Counted from the first letter of the stretch, positions 10,335-18,069 are shown. The stretch is DNA of 62,792 nucleotides from an uncultured Candidatus Saccharibacteria bacterium (GCA_964425715.1 CAYRNO010000003.1:1-62792), one strand, 5' to 3'. Notes: generated from the sequence alone by a model not told the origin. Program-made: numbers and translations.

Positions 10335-11051
10335 ATGCCACTGATATTTTTAGCATTCTTGGCCGGTATCCTGACTGCCTTAGCGCCTTGTGTGCTACCA
10401 ATCATACCAGTAGTGATTGGCAGTTCAGTTGCAGATAACGACAAAAAGAAGCCATACATAGTAGTCTTTTCTTTGTTTATATCTATCATAATATTTACTC
10501 TGCTTCTTAAGGGCTCGACACTGCTTATTGATATACCAGATATATTCTGGAAGATATTGTCTGGTGTGTTTATCATCTTGTTTGGCCTGACATTAGTATT
10601 TCCCCAGTTCTGGGACAAGATTACAGTACCACTACAGTTTTATAACAAATCACAAAGGTTACTCGCCAAGTCATCGCAAAAGAAAGGCTATGGAGGGGAC
10701 ATGCTTATCGGATTCGCTTTGGGCCCAGTGTTTTCAAGCTGTAGCCCTGTGTATTTATTTATTCTTTCAGCAGTACTCCCGACTAATTTTGCGCTAGGTC
10801 TTGTGTATATTATTTCCTATGCGCTAGGTCTTTGCCTGGTATTGTTGCTAGTAGGAATCTTTGGTCAAAAGATTATTAATAAATTCGAGTGGGCTATCAA
10901 TCCATACGGATGGTTCAAGAGAGGGCTTGGTATCATCCTGGTATTGGCAGGAATATTTATTATTAGTGGTTTAGATAGAGCTATTCAGCAGTACGTGATT
11001 ACTACGGGATTTTTAGATATTACAATTATTGAAAAATCGTTCTTGAAATAA
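10335..11051 (+). CDS. ccdA: cytochrome c biogenesis CcdA/DsbD-like thiol-disulfide transporter
   Basis: 238 aa polytopic protein. LAPCVLP and SSCSPV Cys motifs. Immediately follows the thioredoxin gene. Confidence 0.85.
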   Translation: MPLIFLAFLAGILTALAPCVLPIIPVVIGSSVADNDKKKPYIVVFSLFISIIIFTLLLKGSTLLIDIPDIFWKILSGVFIILFGLTLVFPQFWDKITVPLQFYNKSQRLLAKSSQKKGYGGDMLIGFALGPVFSSCSPVYLFILSAVLPTNFALGLVYIISYALGLCLVLLLVGIFGQKIINKFEWAINPYGWFKRGLGIILVLAGIFIISGLDRAIQQYVITTGFLDITIIEKSFLK

Positions 11052-11154
11052 GCTTCATTTATCAATCTTATGATTGTAAAAAACACGTTTTTATGGTAAA
11101 TATAATCCGATCTTTGCAATACAAGACGTAACCCTTGACATAAGAGGAGTAGAG

Positions 11155-13143
11155 ATGGATATTACCGATCTCATCAAGACGATTCTCGAAAAAGGTACCT
11201 ACACCACACTAGACAGACTAGTTGATACAGAGGACTTTCAAGACAGACTGGCAGATAGAGAAAGACTTTTTGGTCTACTTGCTAATTCAGACTCTGATAT
11301 TGCTATAGCTCTCAGGGCTGGACATATTGAAATGTGCGAGCTCTTACACTCAATGCCAGAGTACTTGGCTTTGCAGCAAGCTTCACAAGGCGATATTCCG
11401 GACCCATATATGTATGAGCTTCTGGATGCAGTCGGCAGAGCATTGGTTGAAGTTGCAGGATTCTGCTTGCCAACACCTATACTTCAGGTAGCAGAGCACA
11501 TTGGTGCTCTGGACGCTGATGAGCAGATCAAATGGATCGGCCTAGTCTACGACGGATTTCAATACGCCTATGATGCTGCGAAACAAGTTCCTAAGAAGAA
11601 TAGTTCAGGCGTAGATGTGATCTGGACTATGGATACTGATAGCTTAGGTGAGATAGATATCACACAATCTGATATAGATACTATAGTTGAATACTACACA
11701 CACGCCGGAATGGTAGATCAAGCCAACACAGTGTGTAGAGCTTTGGAATGGCTCTCTGAAGAAGAATTGGATGATCAACCTGATTATTTCGATGAAGCTG
11801 TCAATCTAATCCTGGATTATTATGACAACAAGCATGTTCAAGTCTTTCCCTGGCTATATGACGTAACAGAGCTTGAGTATCCTCTAGAACGAGCCATGCC
11901 GGCTTCATATGGTGTCTTTGGCCAGTCTGGCAATATCCCTACCTGTTTTGGTATGAGTATCATGCTGACGGCTTTCGCAAGAATGACTGGGCTAAAAACC
12001 ATGTTGGTTAGTCCGATTGAGGTCGCCGATGACTTGCACAAAGAAGCTAGAGGAATTGATGCAGTTGCCAAACTAGATCATCTAGATGCAGTTGGTTTTG
12101 AGCGACAGGAATTTAGGGATAAACTCCATGCAGTTGCCAAAGAATCAGCCGACTATCAAGCTAGGATCTACGACTTCCATTACTCCATAGCCATACAGGT
12201 AAGTGATGGACGATGGGTTCATCTTGACCCGTATATGAGGCACTTTGGTGTTTTCGATGACGATTGGGAGCTACAAAGAATATTTGAGATTCTAGAGAAG
12301 TATCAATCGGTACTTCCGGGTCTCAACCTGATCAGCTTTGATGGAGGGTCTTTGAGGCGTCGACTTGTAGAGTTTATCGATGTACTCAAAAAAGCAATCA
12401 ATCAAGCTGAAAGAGTGATGCAGGCTATAATAGAGAAACCATATCCATCTGAAAATATCCTAGAATACTTTGATGATGGTATTGCCTGGCTGAGCTTTGA
12501 TGACACTGGCGATGTGATCTGGCTTACAGATACACTCAATGCACTAGAAGATACAGATGAGCTTTTTTTGAACTATCTCGCCCCATTTGGAGACCAGATT
12601 ACCCCCGAGCACGTAATAAGTCTACGAGAGTATTTTTTCTCCTCACAATTATTGGGAGATCCTCAGATCGATGATCCTGATCAGGAAATATTCAATGAAC
12701 GAATTCAGGCCTATTGGGATCTCTTCTATGATGACGAAGAATTTAAGCGAGATAAGATTGAAAACATTATCTTGCATTTCATCAGAATAGTAATAGAAAG
12801 ATGGAATACTCTCATGGGGGAAATAGAACATACTCTACTAGATCCTGTAATGCAATTCTCTTTGCCAGAGTACAATATAGCTCTTGCTGCAGTAGGTCAT
12901 GCAAGGTGCTGGACAGAAAACGATGTATCTGGTAGAGTATTGCTAACACTGTCATCGTCGCAGTTCTACTGGCACGATGCAGTTGATCTTTCCAGTGGGT
13001 ATGAGCAGAGTGATGCAGATCATTCGGATGCGCTAAGAGCAGAGCAAATGCTTCGCGCACTTCCATTTCTGCATCGTGCTTGTACTAACAAGCTGGAGTA
13101 CCTGTCGCAAATGCGAGAAACACAACCAACCAGGGAGGAATAG
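11155..13143 (+). CDS. large acidic hypothetical protein with a transglutaminase/papain-like Cys-His-Asp arrangement
   Basis: 662 aa. GNIPTCFGMSIMLTAFARMTG (Cys), then FHYSIAIQVSDGRWVHLDPY (His...Asp). SD AGAGGAG precedes the ATG. GC in the low-to-mid 40s by sampling. Confidence 0.6.
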   Translation: MDITDLIKTILEKGTYTTLDRLVDTEDFQDRLADRERLFGLLANSDSDIAIALRAGHIEMCELLHSMPEYLALQQASQGDIPDPYMYELLDAVGRALVEVAGFCLPTPILQVAEHIGALDADEQIKWIGLVYDGFQYAYDAAKQVPKKNSSGVDVIWTMDTDSLGEIDITQSDIDTIVEYYTHAGMVDQANTVCRALEWLSEEELDDQPDYFDEAVNLILDYYDNKHVQVFPWLYDVTELEYPLERAMPASYGVFGQSGNIPTCFGMSIMLTAFARMTGLKTMLVSPIEVADDLHKEARGIDAVAKLDHLDAVGFERQEFRDKLHAVAKESADYQARIYDFHYSIAIQVSDGRWVHLDPYMRHFGVFDDDWELQRIFEILEKYQSVLPGLNLISFDGGSLRRRLVEFIDVLKKAINQAERVMQAIIEKPYPSENILEYFDDGIAWLSFDDTGDVIWLTDTLNALEDTDELFLNYLAPFGDQITPEHVISLREYFFSSQLLGDPQIDDPDQEIFNERIQAYWDLFYDDEEFKRDKIENIILHFIRIVIERWNTLMGEIEHTLLDPVMQFSLPEYNIALAAVGHARCWTENDVSGRVLLTLSSSQFYWHDAVDLSSGYEQSDADHSDALRAEQMLRALPFLHRACTNKLEYLSQMRETQPTREE

Positions 13144-13147
13144 CCTG

Positions 13148-13351
13148 ATGCCCAGGCGTACCCAGAAGGACATGGCAAGAGAGATCCAGGGTCTGCTCGA
13201 CGCCGGCAAGACCCATGCGTGGATCATGGAGCATCACCCGGAGCTCGCCAACGGCTGGAATGAGGTAGCCAAGGGCAAGATTGCCCAGCGACCCCCTCGT
13301 CCACCGGGCACCATCGAGCTTCGTCGCACCGTCACCGCCGACCTTCCCTAG
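13148..13351 (+). CDS. high-GC cassette ORF A (67 aa, basic, Pro-rich tail)
   Basis: ATG at 13148 lies 8 nt after the GGGAGGA SD. About 64% GC by hand count with G/C-rich third positions. Chosen over the longer ORF-track start at 13076, which overlaps the upstream gene. Confidence 0.6.
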   Translation: MPRRTQKDMAREIQGLLDAGKTHAWIMEHHPELANGWNEVAKGKIAQRPPRPPGTIELRRTVTADLP

Positions 13352-13360
13352 GGAAGGTCG
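13339..13360. repeat. 22-nt perfect palindrome centred on CTAG, containing the TAG stop of ORF A
   Basis: cgaccttccCTAGggaaggtcg is self-complementary. The stop codon is 13349-13351. Confidence 0.9.
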
Positions 13361-13366
13361 CAGAGG

Positions 13367-13419
13367 CCTCACGAGCGAGGTAGCAGAGCAGTCTGCTACC
13401 TCGCTTAGTGGGGTTTTTT
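13367..13419 (+). terminator. bipartite hairpin plus T-run (cassette module copy A)
   Basis: CCTCAC-GA-GCGAGGTAGCAG-agcagt-CTGCTACCTCGC-TTA-GTGGGG-TTTTTT. Confidence 0.8.
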
Positions 13420-13435
13420 AATTCGATATCAACAA

Positions 13436-13463
13436 TTGACAAAAAGCAATAATAGTGTATACT
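13436..13463 (+). promoter_or_regulatory. sigma70-like promoter for ORF B
   Basis: TTGACA, 16 nt, TATACT. AT-rich sequence between two GC-rich units. GGGAGAG SD before the ATG at 13498. Confidence 0.55.
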
Positions 13464-13497
13464 AATATCGACGATCGTCATCTACAAAGGGAGAGAA

Positions 13498-13860
13498 ATG
13501 AAAACGATCGAGTTCTTGTATAAGACGTGGGCGGGCGTATTGCTGGCCTTGGTCCATACGGGGATCCTGGTCTACTGGGCCCAGCCTGGTGATCACAACA
13601 GCATGTGGGTGAACATCACACTGTCCATCTTCATGTTCCTGCCCATCGCCACGATCATCGTGCTGATCAACCGTGGCGGAATGAGCATGGCCCTCGGCCT
13701 GATCTACGCGTTGAGCTTCTCCATCTTCGTGGTGGGGCTGGCGTACTTCGATCGAGCGCTGCTCACCAGCATATACCTCGGTGTGCTGGCTTCGCTGATG
13801 TGCAACGACGTGATCCGTCATTTCATCGAGGTCGAGCAGCGACATTTCTCCGCGCCCTAG
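13498..13860 (+). CDS. high-GC cassette ORF B (120 aa, 3-4 TM membrane protein)
   Basis: About 56% GC. Roughly five-sixths of third codon positions are G/C by hand count. Hydrophobic segments throughout. Promoter, SD and terminator are all present. Confidence 0.7.
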   Translation: MKTIEFLYKTWAGVLLALVHTGILVYWAQPGDHNSMWVNITLSIFMFLPIATIIVLINRGGMSMALGLIYALSFSIFVVGLAYFDRALLTSIYLGVLASLMCNDVIRHFIEVEQRHFSAP

Positions 13861-13871
13861 GGCAAGCGCGG
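13850..13871. repeat. imperfect palindrome centred on CTAG, containing the TAG stop of ORF B
   Basis: ccgcGCCCTAGGGCaagcgcgg. Perfect 10-nt core GCCCTAGGGC plus outer complementary arms. The stop codon is 13858-13860. Confidence 0.8.
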
Positions 13872-13875
13872 ACCG

Positions 13876-13929
13876 CCTCACGGGCGGGGTGACAGAGAAA
13901 TCTGTCATCCCGCTTAGTGGGGATTTTTT
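13876..13929 (+). terminator. bipartite hairpin plus T-run (cassette module copy B)
   Basis: CCTCAC-GG-GCGGGGTGACAG-agaaat-CTGTCATCCCGC-TTA-GTGGGG-A-TTTTTT. It starts 15 nt after the stop, the same offset as copy A. Confidence 0.8.
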
Positions 13930-13942
13930 ATTTGGCTTAAGA

Positions 13943-13971
13943 TTGAAAATAACGAACTTATCTGATATATT
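13943..13971 (+). promoter_or_regulatory. sigma70-like promoter for the 150-aa ORF
   Basis: TTGAAA, 17 nt, TATATT. Confidence 0.55.
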
Positions 13972-14020
13972 TTGCTACTACAGCACCTTAGTAGCCTAGC
14001 CGACAAACGACAAAGGAAGA

Positions 14021-14473
14021 ATGATGGCAGAAGAAGATACGGTTGAAGTATATAGCCGAAATTGTTTGGTAGCAGTTGTATATGCTCCAGATCACGGCAC
14101 TGCAGTACAGGTTTTTCAGGTTGTTGAATGCGAGGTAATATCTAGCGGCAGCCCAAATACAGTTGTCGAATTTGAATCAGATGTTGAAATCAGAACCCCA
14201 CGAGATTATCTACACGTGGGTCCGATTGGTTCAGAAAACCGTCACATCTGTGTTTATCGAACTGTGGGTGGAGGACATCGAGTAACTTGTGGCTGTTGGA
14301 ACTCCGACAAAGATATAAAAGGCGGTACTATCGATGAGTTCGCCGAGCGCGTAGAGCAAGTTTATGGAGATGATGATGAGGAGCATTTCCAAAACAAGCT
14401 CTATTACGATCAATACATGGCATTTGTCGCTATGGCCAGGTCTCGTATCTCAGAGTGGCAACAAGAAGCATGA
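14021..14473 (+). CDS. hypothetical cytoplasmic protein (150 aa, acidic, Cys/His-containing)
   Basis: AAGGAAG SD. HRVTCGCWN segment. No family recognised. Confidence 0.6.
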   Translation: MMAEEDTVEVYSRNCLVAVVYAPDHGTAVQVFQVVECEVISSGSPNTVVEFESDVEIRTPRDYLHVGPIGSENRHICVYRTVGGGHRVTCGCWNSDKDIKGGTIDEFAERVEQVYGDDDEEHFQNKLYYDQYMAFVAMARSRISEWQQEA

Positions 14474-14556
14474 TATATGGCGTCTTACACAGAAATGTAG
14501 GGCGTTTTAATTTTGTGCTAAAATAAGCATAACAACGTAATAAATATGGAGTATAT

Positions 14557-15318
14557 ATGCAAAAAAAGTTAGTTTCTCTTCGTAAGTTCAATTTTGTAAT
14601 GTCAGGACTGCATTTTGCCCAGGCAGTTGCGATAATAGTACTGGCAACTGATTTCAAACTGCCTCTCAACTATACATATTTGCAATTTAATCCATCTACC
14701 CAGACCCTATTTCAACAAACCAAATTGATTGCAGATATCCCATTAGTCTGGCTGATAGTGGCTTTTTTACTGCTCTCATCTCTTGCACATCTTTTTATAG
14801 CTACAATACACAATAAAAAGTACAATCAGGATCTAGCAAAAGGCATCAATAAGGCAAGATGGATAGAGTATAGTCTATCGGCATCAGTCATGATGGTCGC
14901 TATAGCTATGCTAGTAGGAATATATGACATCGGCACATTGATACCGATATTTGCACTAATTGCAGTCATGAATCTTTGCGGACTTATCATGGAAGTACAC
15001 AATCAAACTACTGAGAAGACCAACTGGCTTAGCTACTGGGTAGGATGCTTGGCAGGAATAGTCCCATGGATAATTATCGGCATATACTTCTGGGGCAGTG
15101 CGCAAAATGGTGCTGCACCACCTACTTTTGTATACTTCATCTTCTTCTCGATATTCGTATTCTTCGATGCCTTTGCTGTCAATATGGTGTTGCAGTACAA
15201 GAAAGTTGGAAAATGGCAGGACTATCTATATGGAGAAAAAGCTTATATTATACTGAGTCTTGTAGCCAAGTCCGCATTGGCATGGCAAGTATTTGCAGGG
15301 ACTTTGCGACCTGTTTAA
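14557..15318 (+). CDS. heliorhodopsin
   Basis: 253 aa, 7 TM. RWIEYSLSASVM, GCLAGIVPW and YGEKAYIILSLVAKSALAWQVFAGTL closely match heliorhodopsin 48C12 as remembered. Schiff-base Lys at residue 238 (AAG 15268-15270). GGAG SD. Confidence 0.88.
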   Translation: MQKKLVSLRKFNFVMSGLHFAQAVAIIVLATDFKLPLNYTYLQFNPSTQTLFQQTKLIADIPLVWLIVAFLLLSSLAHLFIATIHNKKYNQDLAKGINKARWIEYSLSASVMMVAIAMLVGIYDIGTLIPIFALIAVMNLCGLIMEVHNQTTEKTNWLSYWVGCLAGIVPWIIIGIYFWGSAQNGAAPPTFVYFIFFSIFVFFDAFAVNMVLQYKKVGKWQDYLYGEKAYIILSLVAKSALAWQVFAGTLRPV

Positions 15319-15343
15319 TCTAAAGAAATAAAAGGAGTAATAT

Positions 15344-15517
15344 ATGGCAGATAAAAAAGACGACAAAGGTGGTGCTGCAGCACTATTTATACCGGCCGGA
15401 GTGATAGGCGGTATGGGGGTAGGTTTCTTGATCAATAATCTTCCAGCAGGAATGTTTATAGGTCTTGGACTGGGATTTGCAGCATTTGCGATAGTCTCTC
15501 TGGCTATAAAAAAATAA
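15344..15517 (+). CDS. small two-TM membrane protein (57 aa)
   Basis: Below the ORF-track cutoff. AAAGGAG SD 6 nt before the ATG. Sequence MADKKDDKGGAAALFIPAGVIGGMGVGFLINNLPAGMFIGLGLGFAAFAIVSLAIKK. Confidence 0.55.
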   Translation: MADKKDDKGGAAALFIPAGVIGGMGVGFLINNLPAGMFIGLGLGFAAFAIVSLAIKK

Positions 15518-15598
15518 AACTATCATAAATACAGTCACAGTAGAGCGGATGTATGGTTATTTATATTGCAATAATAATTAAGCAAAGGAGAGATAATT

Positions 15599-15997
15599 AT
15601 GACGCATAACAAGAAAATAGCCTTAGTAGCACTATCGCTTGCAACTGTAGTACTTATGAGTGGAGCAGCTGGTGTTGCACAGGCGGACAATCGCAATGTT
15701 ATGGAACAAAGAAATGAAATGAGGCAATCCAAGCACAATAAACAAAATAGGCTAGAACACCTCAATAAAAGATTAAATCAAGCTGTAGCAGACGGAAAAA
15801 TTACAGAAGAACAAAAAAATCAAATAATTGAACAGATGAAGCTACATCGTGATCAAATTCAACAAAATCGTCAGATAGAAGACAAAACAGAGCGACATGA
15901 AGCTATGAAGAGTGTGCGCGATCAAATGAGACAATGGTTGCAAGATAAGGGTATTGATCCCAAGGTCATCCTCCCAAGACCATTCTTCCATCGATAA
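15599..15997 (+). CDS. secreted helical protein (signal peptide), function unknown
   Basis: 132 aa. Signal peptide ending AQA-DN, Gln/Arg-rich helices, GGAGAG SD. Confidence 0.7.
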   Translation: MTHNKKIALVALSLATVVLMSGAAGVAQADNRNVMEQRNEMRQSKHNKQNRLEHLNKRLNQAVADGKITEEQKNQIIEQMKLHRDQIQQNRQIEDKTERHEAMKSVRDQMRQWLQDKGIDPKVILPRPFFHR

Positions 15998-16018
15998 AAA
16001 TATAGAAAGTCAACTCAG

Positions 16019-16047
16019 AAAAACTTCCACAAATGTGGGAGTTTTTC
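16019..16047 (+). terminator. intrinsic terminator
   Basis: aaaaCTTCCAC-aaat-GTGGGAGttttt. Confidence 0.75.
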
Positions 16048-16134
16048 TTATGCTTATTTAATTTTATAAATATTCGTTGTACAATGTGTTAAATAGTGTT
16101 CAATAAATAGTAATTAAAAAGGAGTTTTATAAAA

Positions 16135-16551
16135 ATGTACGATTATTCAACAACCACAGTTACTACCACCGATCCTGGTGCAGCAGCTGCTGTTGTAGCA
16201 TTCATGACAGCTTATTTCTTAGTAATTTTGGTTGTCGGAGTTATCATGATTGTAGCCCTGTGGAAGATATTTACTAAAGCTGGTAGACCTGGCTGGGGCG
16301 CTCTGATCCCACTGTACAATACCTATCTTATGATTGAGACTGCTGGCAAACCTGGTTGGTGGTTGTTGCTACTATTTATACCATTTGTGAACATCGTAGT
16401 GATTATTATGGTCATGCTTGCTCTTGCTCAAGCATTCGGTAAGAGTACCGTATTTGCAATATTTGGTCTGATGATATTTAGCCCAATCGGCATGTTGATG
16501 CTTGCATTTGGCGATGCAAAATACAAACTGCCCAAACCAAAAACTGCATAA
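16135..16551 (+). CDS. small membrane protein, DUF5684-like
   Basis: 138 aa. WKIFTKAGRPGWGALIPLYN...AGKPGWW pattern remembered from the DUF5684 family. AAGGAG SD. Confidence 0.65.
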   Translation: MYDYSTTTVTTTDPGAAAAVVAFMTAYFLVILVVGVIMIVALWKIFTKAGRPGWGALIPLYNTYLMIETAGKPGWWLLLLFIPFVNIVVIIMVMLALAQAFGKSTVFAIFGLMIFSPIGMLMLAFGDAKYKLPKPKTA

Positions 16552-16565
16552 GTAAATAGAAACTC

Positions 16566-16597
16566 AAAAAAGACCCTATAAACAAAGGGTCTTTTTT
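16566..16597 (+). terminator. intrinsic terminator
   Basis: AAAAAAGACCC-loop-GGGTCTTTTTT. Confidence 0.8.
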
Positions 16598-16673
16598 GAT
16601 ATTGAACACAAACTTGCAACACAAACATAATAGTTTTAACATATGGGTAAGTAAACTAATTTAAGGAGTTAAA

Positions 16674-17396
16674 ATGCCCGAAGACAAATCATCAAAACCT
16701 GTAAATAAGCAACCAGAACCAGCCGCTAGCAAACCAGTAGAAGCGCCAGTCGCAAAACCAGCTGGTACCAAAACTAGTGGTATGGCAATAGCCGCAATTA
16801 TACTAGCATTCTTCTTTCCAATTATTGGATTGATACTAGGTATAGTTGCCCTGTCTGGTATCAAAAAAAGTGGCGAAAAAGGTAGAGGTCTTTCTATAGC
16901 TGCGATCATTATATCTATCGTATTGATGCTAGCTTCAATAGGTGTAGTATGGGGATTGTATTATACAGCCAACAAAGCCGTAAAGGATGCAGGCCTCGAT
17001 ATCAACACTCAAGAGAAGACTGTAACAGTAAATAAAGACGGAGAGTCTGTGTCGGTAGGTGAAAATGCCAAGCTTCCAGATGGATTTCCTAGTGATGTAC
17101 CAATCTATGAGCCTTCAGATGTAATCGCGTCTCTTAGCACTGGTAAAGATTCTTACAGCGCAAGTCTAGTAAGTAATGATAGTGTTTCAAAAATATCAGA
17201 TTATTATACAAGTGAACTTACCAAAAATGGATGGCAAAGCTCAGAAGATACAACTTCGATAACTCTACAAAGTGGATCGGGTGCTACTTATGTAAAAGGT
17301 GACCGTACATTGCTTGTAATATTGGCTTCTGACAAATCATCATCCAGCAAGACTAACATTACATTGAGCGTATCAAAGACCGATAGCGCACAGTAA
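16674..17396 (+). CDS. membrane protein with DUF4190-like TM hairpin and Ser-rich extracytoplasmic domain
   Basis: 240 aa. GMAIAAIILAFFFPIIGLILGIVALSGIKK motif. AAGGAG SD. Confidence 0.65.
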   Translation: MPEDKSSKPVNKQPEPAASKPVEAPVAKPAGTKTSGMAIAAIILAFFFPIIGLILGIVALSGIKKSGEKGRGLSIAAIIISIVLMLASIGVVWGLYYTANKAVKDAGLDINTQEKTVTVNKDGESVSVGENAKLPDGFPSDVPIYEPSDVIASLSTGKDSYSASLVSNDSVSKISDYYTSELTKNGWQSSEDTTSITLQSGSGATYVKGDRTLLVILASDKSSSSKTNITLSVSKTDSAQ

Positions 17397-17404
17397 AACT
17401 ACAA

Positions 17405-17995
17405 ATGCATCTCGACAAAGAACAGGCCGTACAGGTATTTGGGCTCAACCTAAAGCAGATTGTTAGAATATTATCTTCTGGCCTTCTGCTTTTGGTATTA
17501 GTCAATATCCGAGTTATTCTACAGGTCATTACTAGCGAGACTATACTTTCCAAATCAGACGTACAAGCAAGCTTTACGGATCAGATCAAAAGCTGGTTAT
17601 CTTTGCCTTTTCTCAACTTCACAACACTTGTGATATTTTGGATAGCTGTAGGACTAGTGGCTTATTCTGTGTTGTATTGGCTATACAGTATATACTATGA
17701 GGCTCGTAACGAAGTGACAGTAGAAAAAGAATATATTCGACCTAAATCTGATCAAAAAGAATTGAAAAAATGGCCCCTAGTAGAATTTGGCCTATTTGCA
17801 GCGCTTGTGGCATTTTCTATACTTACTGTTATGTTCTTCTTCCCAGTTGTGAATAATTGGTTTGTAGAGTTTGCCATAAATATCAAATTAGAATGGATCT
17901 CTGCTCTTATTGATTTGCTACTTGCTTCAATAGGTATATTTGCGACTATATATGTCTACAAAGTACTCATCAGCTGGATGCTCATAATAGAGTAG
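17405..17995 (+). CDS. hypothetical polytopic membrane protein
   Basis: 196 aa with several hydrophobic helices. Confidence 0.55.
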   Translation: MHLDKEQAVQVFGLNLKQIVRILSSGLLLLVLVNIRVILQVITSETILSKSDVQASFTDQIKSWLSLPFLNFTTLVIFWIAVGLVAYSVLYWLYSIYYEARNEVTVEKEYIRPKSDQKELKKWPLVEFGLFAALVAFSILTVMFFFPVVNNWFVEFAINIKLEWISALIDLLLASIGIFATIYVYKVLISWMLIIE

Positions 17996-18008
17996 ATACA
18001 ATGCGAAA

Positions 18009-18049
18009 GGCCCCATAGAACCTCTCGTAGTGAGAGGCCCTATGAGGCC
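18009..18049 (-). terminator. bipartite hairpin (cassette module copy C)
   Basis: Minus strand reads GGCCTCATAG-GG-CCTCTC-actac-GAGAGG-TTC-CTATGGGGCC, then CTTTCG (weak U-tract). Confidence 0.6.
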
Positions 18050-18055
18050 AGAGTG

Positions 18056-18069
18056 AAGGACTAGTCCTT
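18056..18069. repeat. 14-nt perfect palindrome centred on CTAG, containing the TAG stop of ORF C
   Basis: aaggaCTAGtcctt. The minus-strand stop is at 18063-18061. Confidence 0.85.

Noticed and set aside
13349-13408. Possible UAG read-through. In both cassettes A and B a second in-frame TAG (in GCT TAG TGG) follows exactly 18 codons after the first. The extension peptides are similar (G+..PH.RG.R..C..A).
   Set aside because: The similarity follows automatically from the conserved hairpin nucleotides, and the substitutions are base-pair compensatory rather than codon-conservative. There is no evidence for a suppressor tRNA. It is kept only as a remote alternative.
13076-13908. Additional long ORFs in the high-GC patches: 13076-13351 plus strand extension, 13085-13372 minus, 13462-13908 minus and 13605-13892 plus. 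Also 17927-18211 minus.
   Set aside because: High-GC DNA lacks AT-rich stop codons, so shadow ORFs open in several frames. Only the chosen frames have an SD, a sensible start, a strong G/C bias at third codon positions, and a stop embedded in the palindrome module.
13367-13929. Canonical integron gene cassettes with attC sites. The bipartite hairpins have asymmetric bulges and end motifs GCCTCAC...GTGGGG that vaguely resemble R''/R'.
   Set aside because: The conserved attC triplets (RYYYAAC ... GTTRRRY) are not present, since CAC/GTG replaces AAC/GTT. The cassettes have their own promoters. No integron integrase or attI is in the window. A non-canonical recombination site cannot be excluded, but it is not supported.
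15045-15323. A 92-aa alternate-frame ORF at the 3-prime end of the heliorhodopsin gene.
   Set aside because: It is on the same strand and embedded in the strongly supported rhodopsin frame, with no independent signals.
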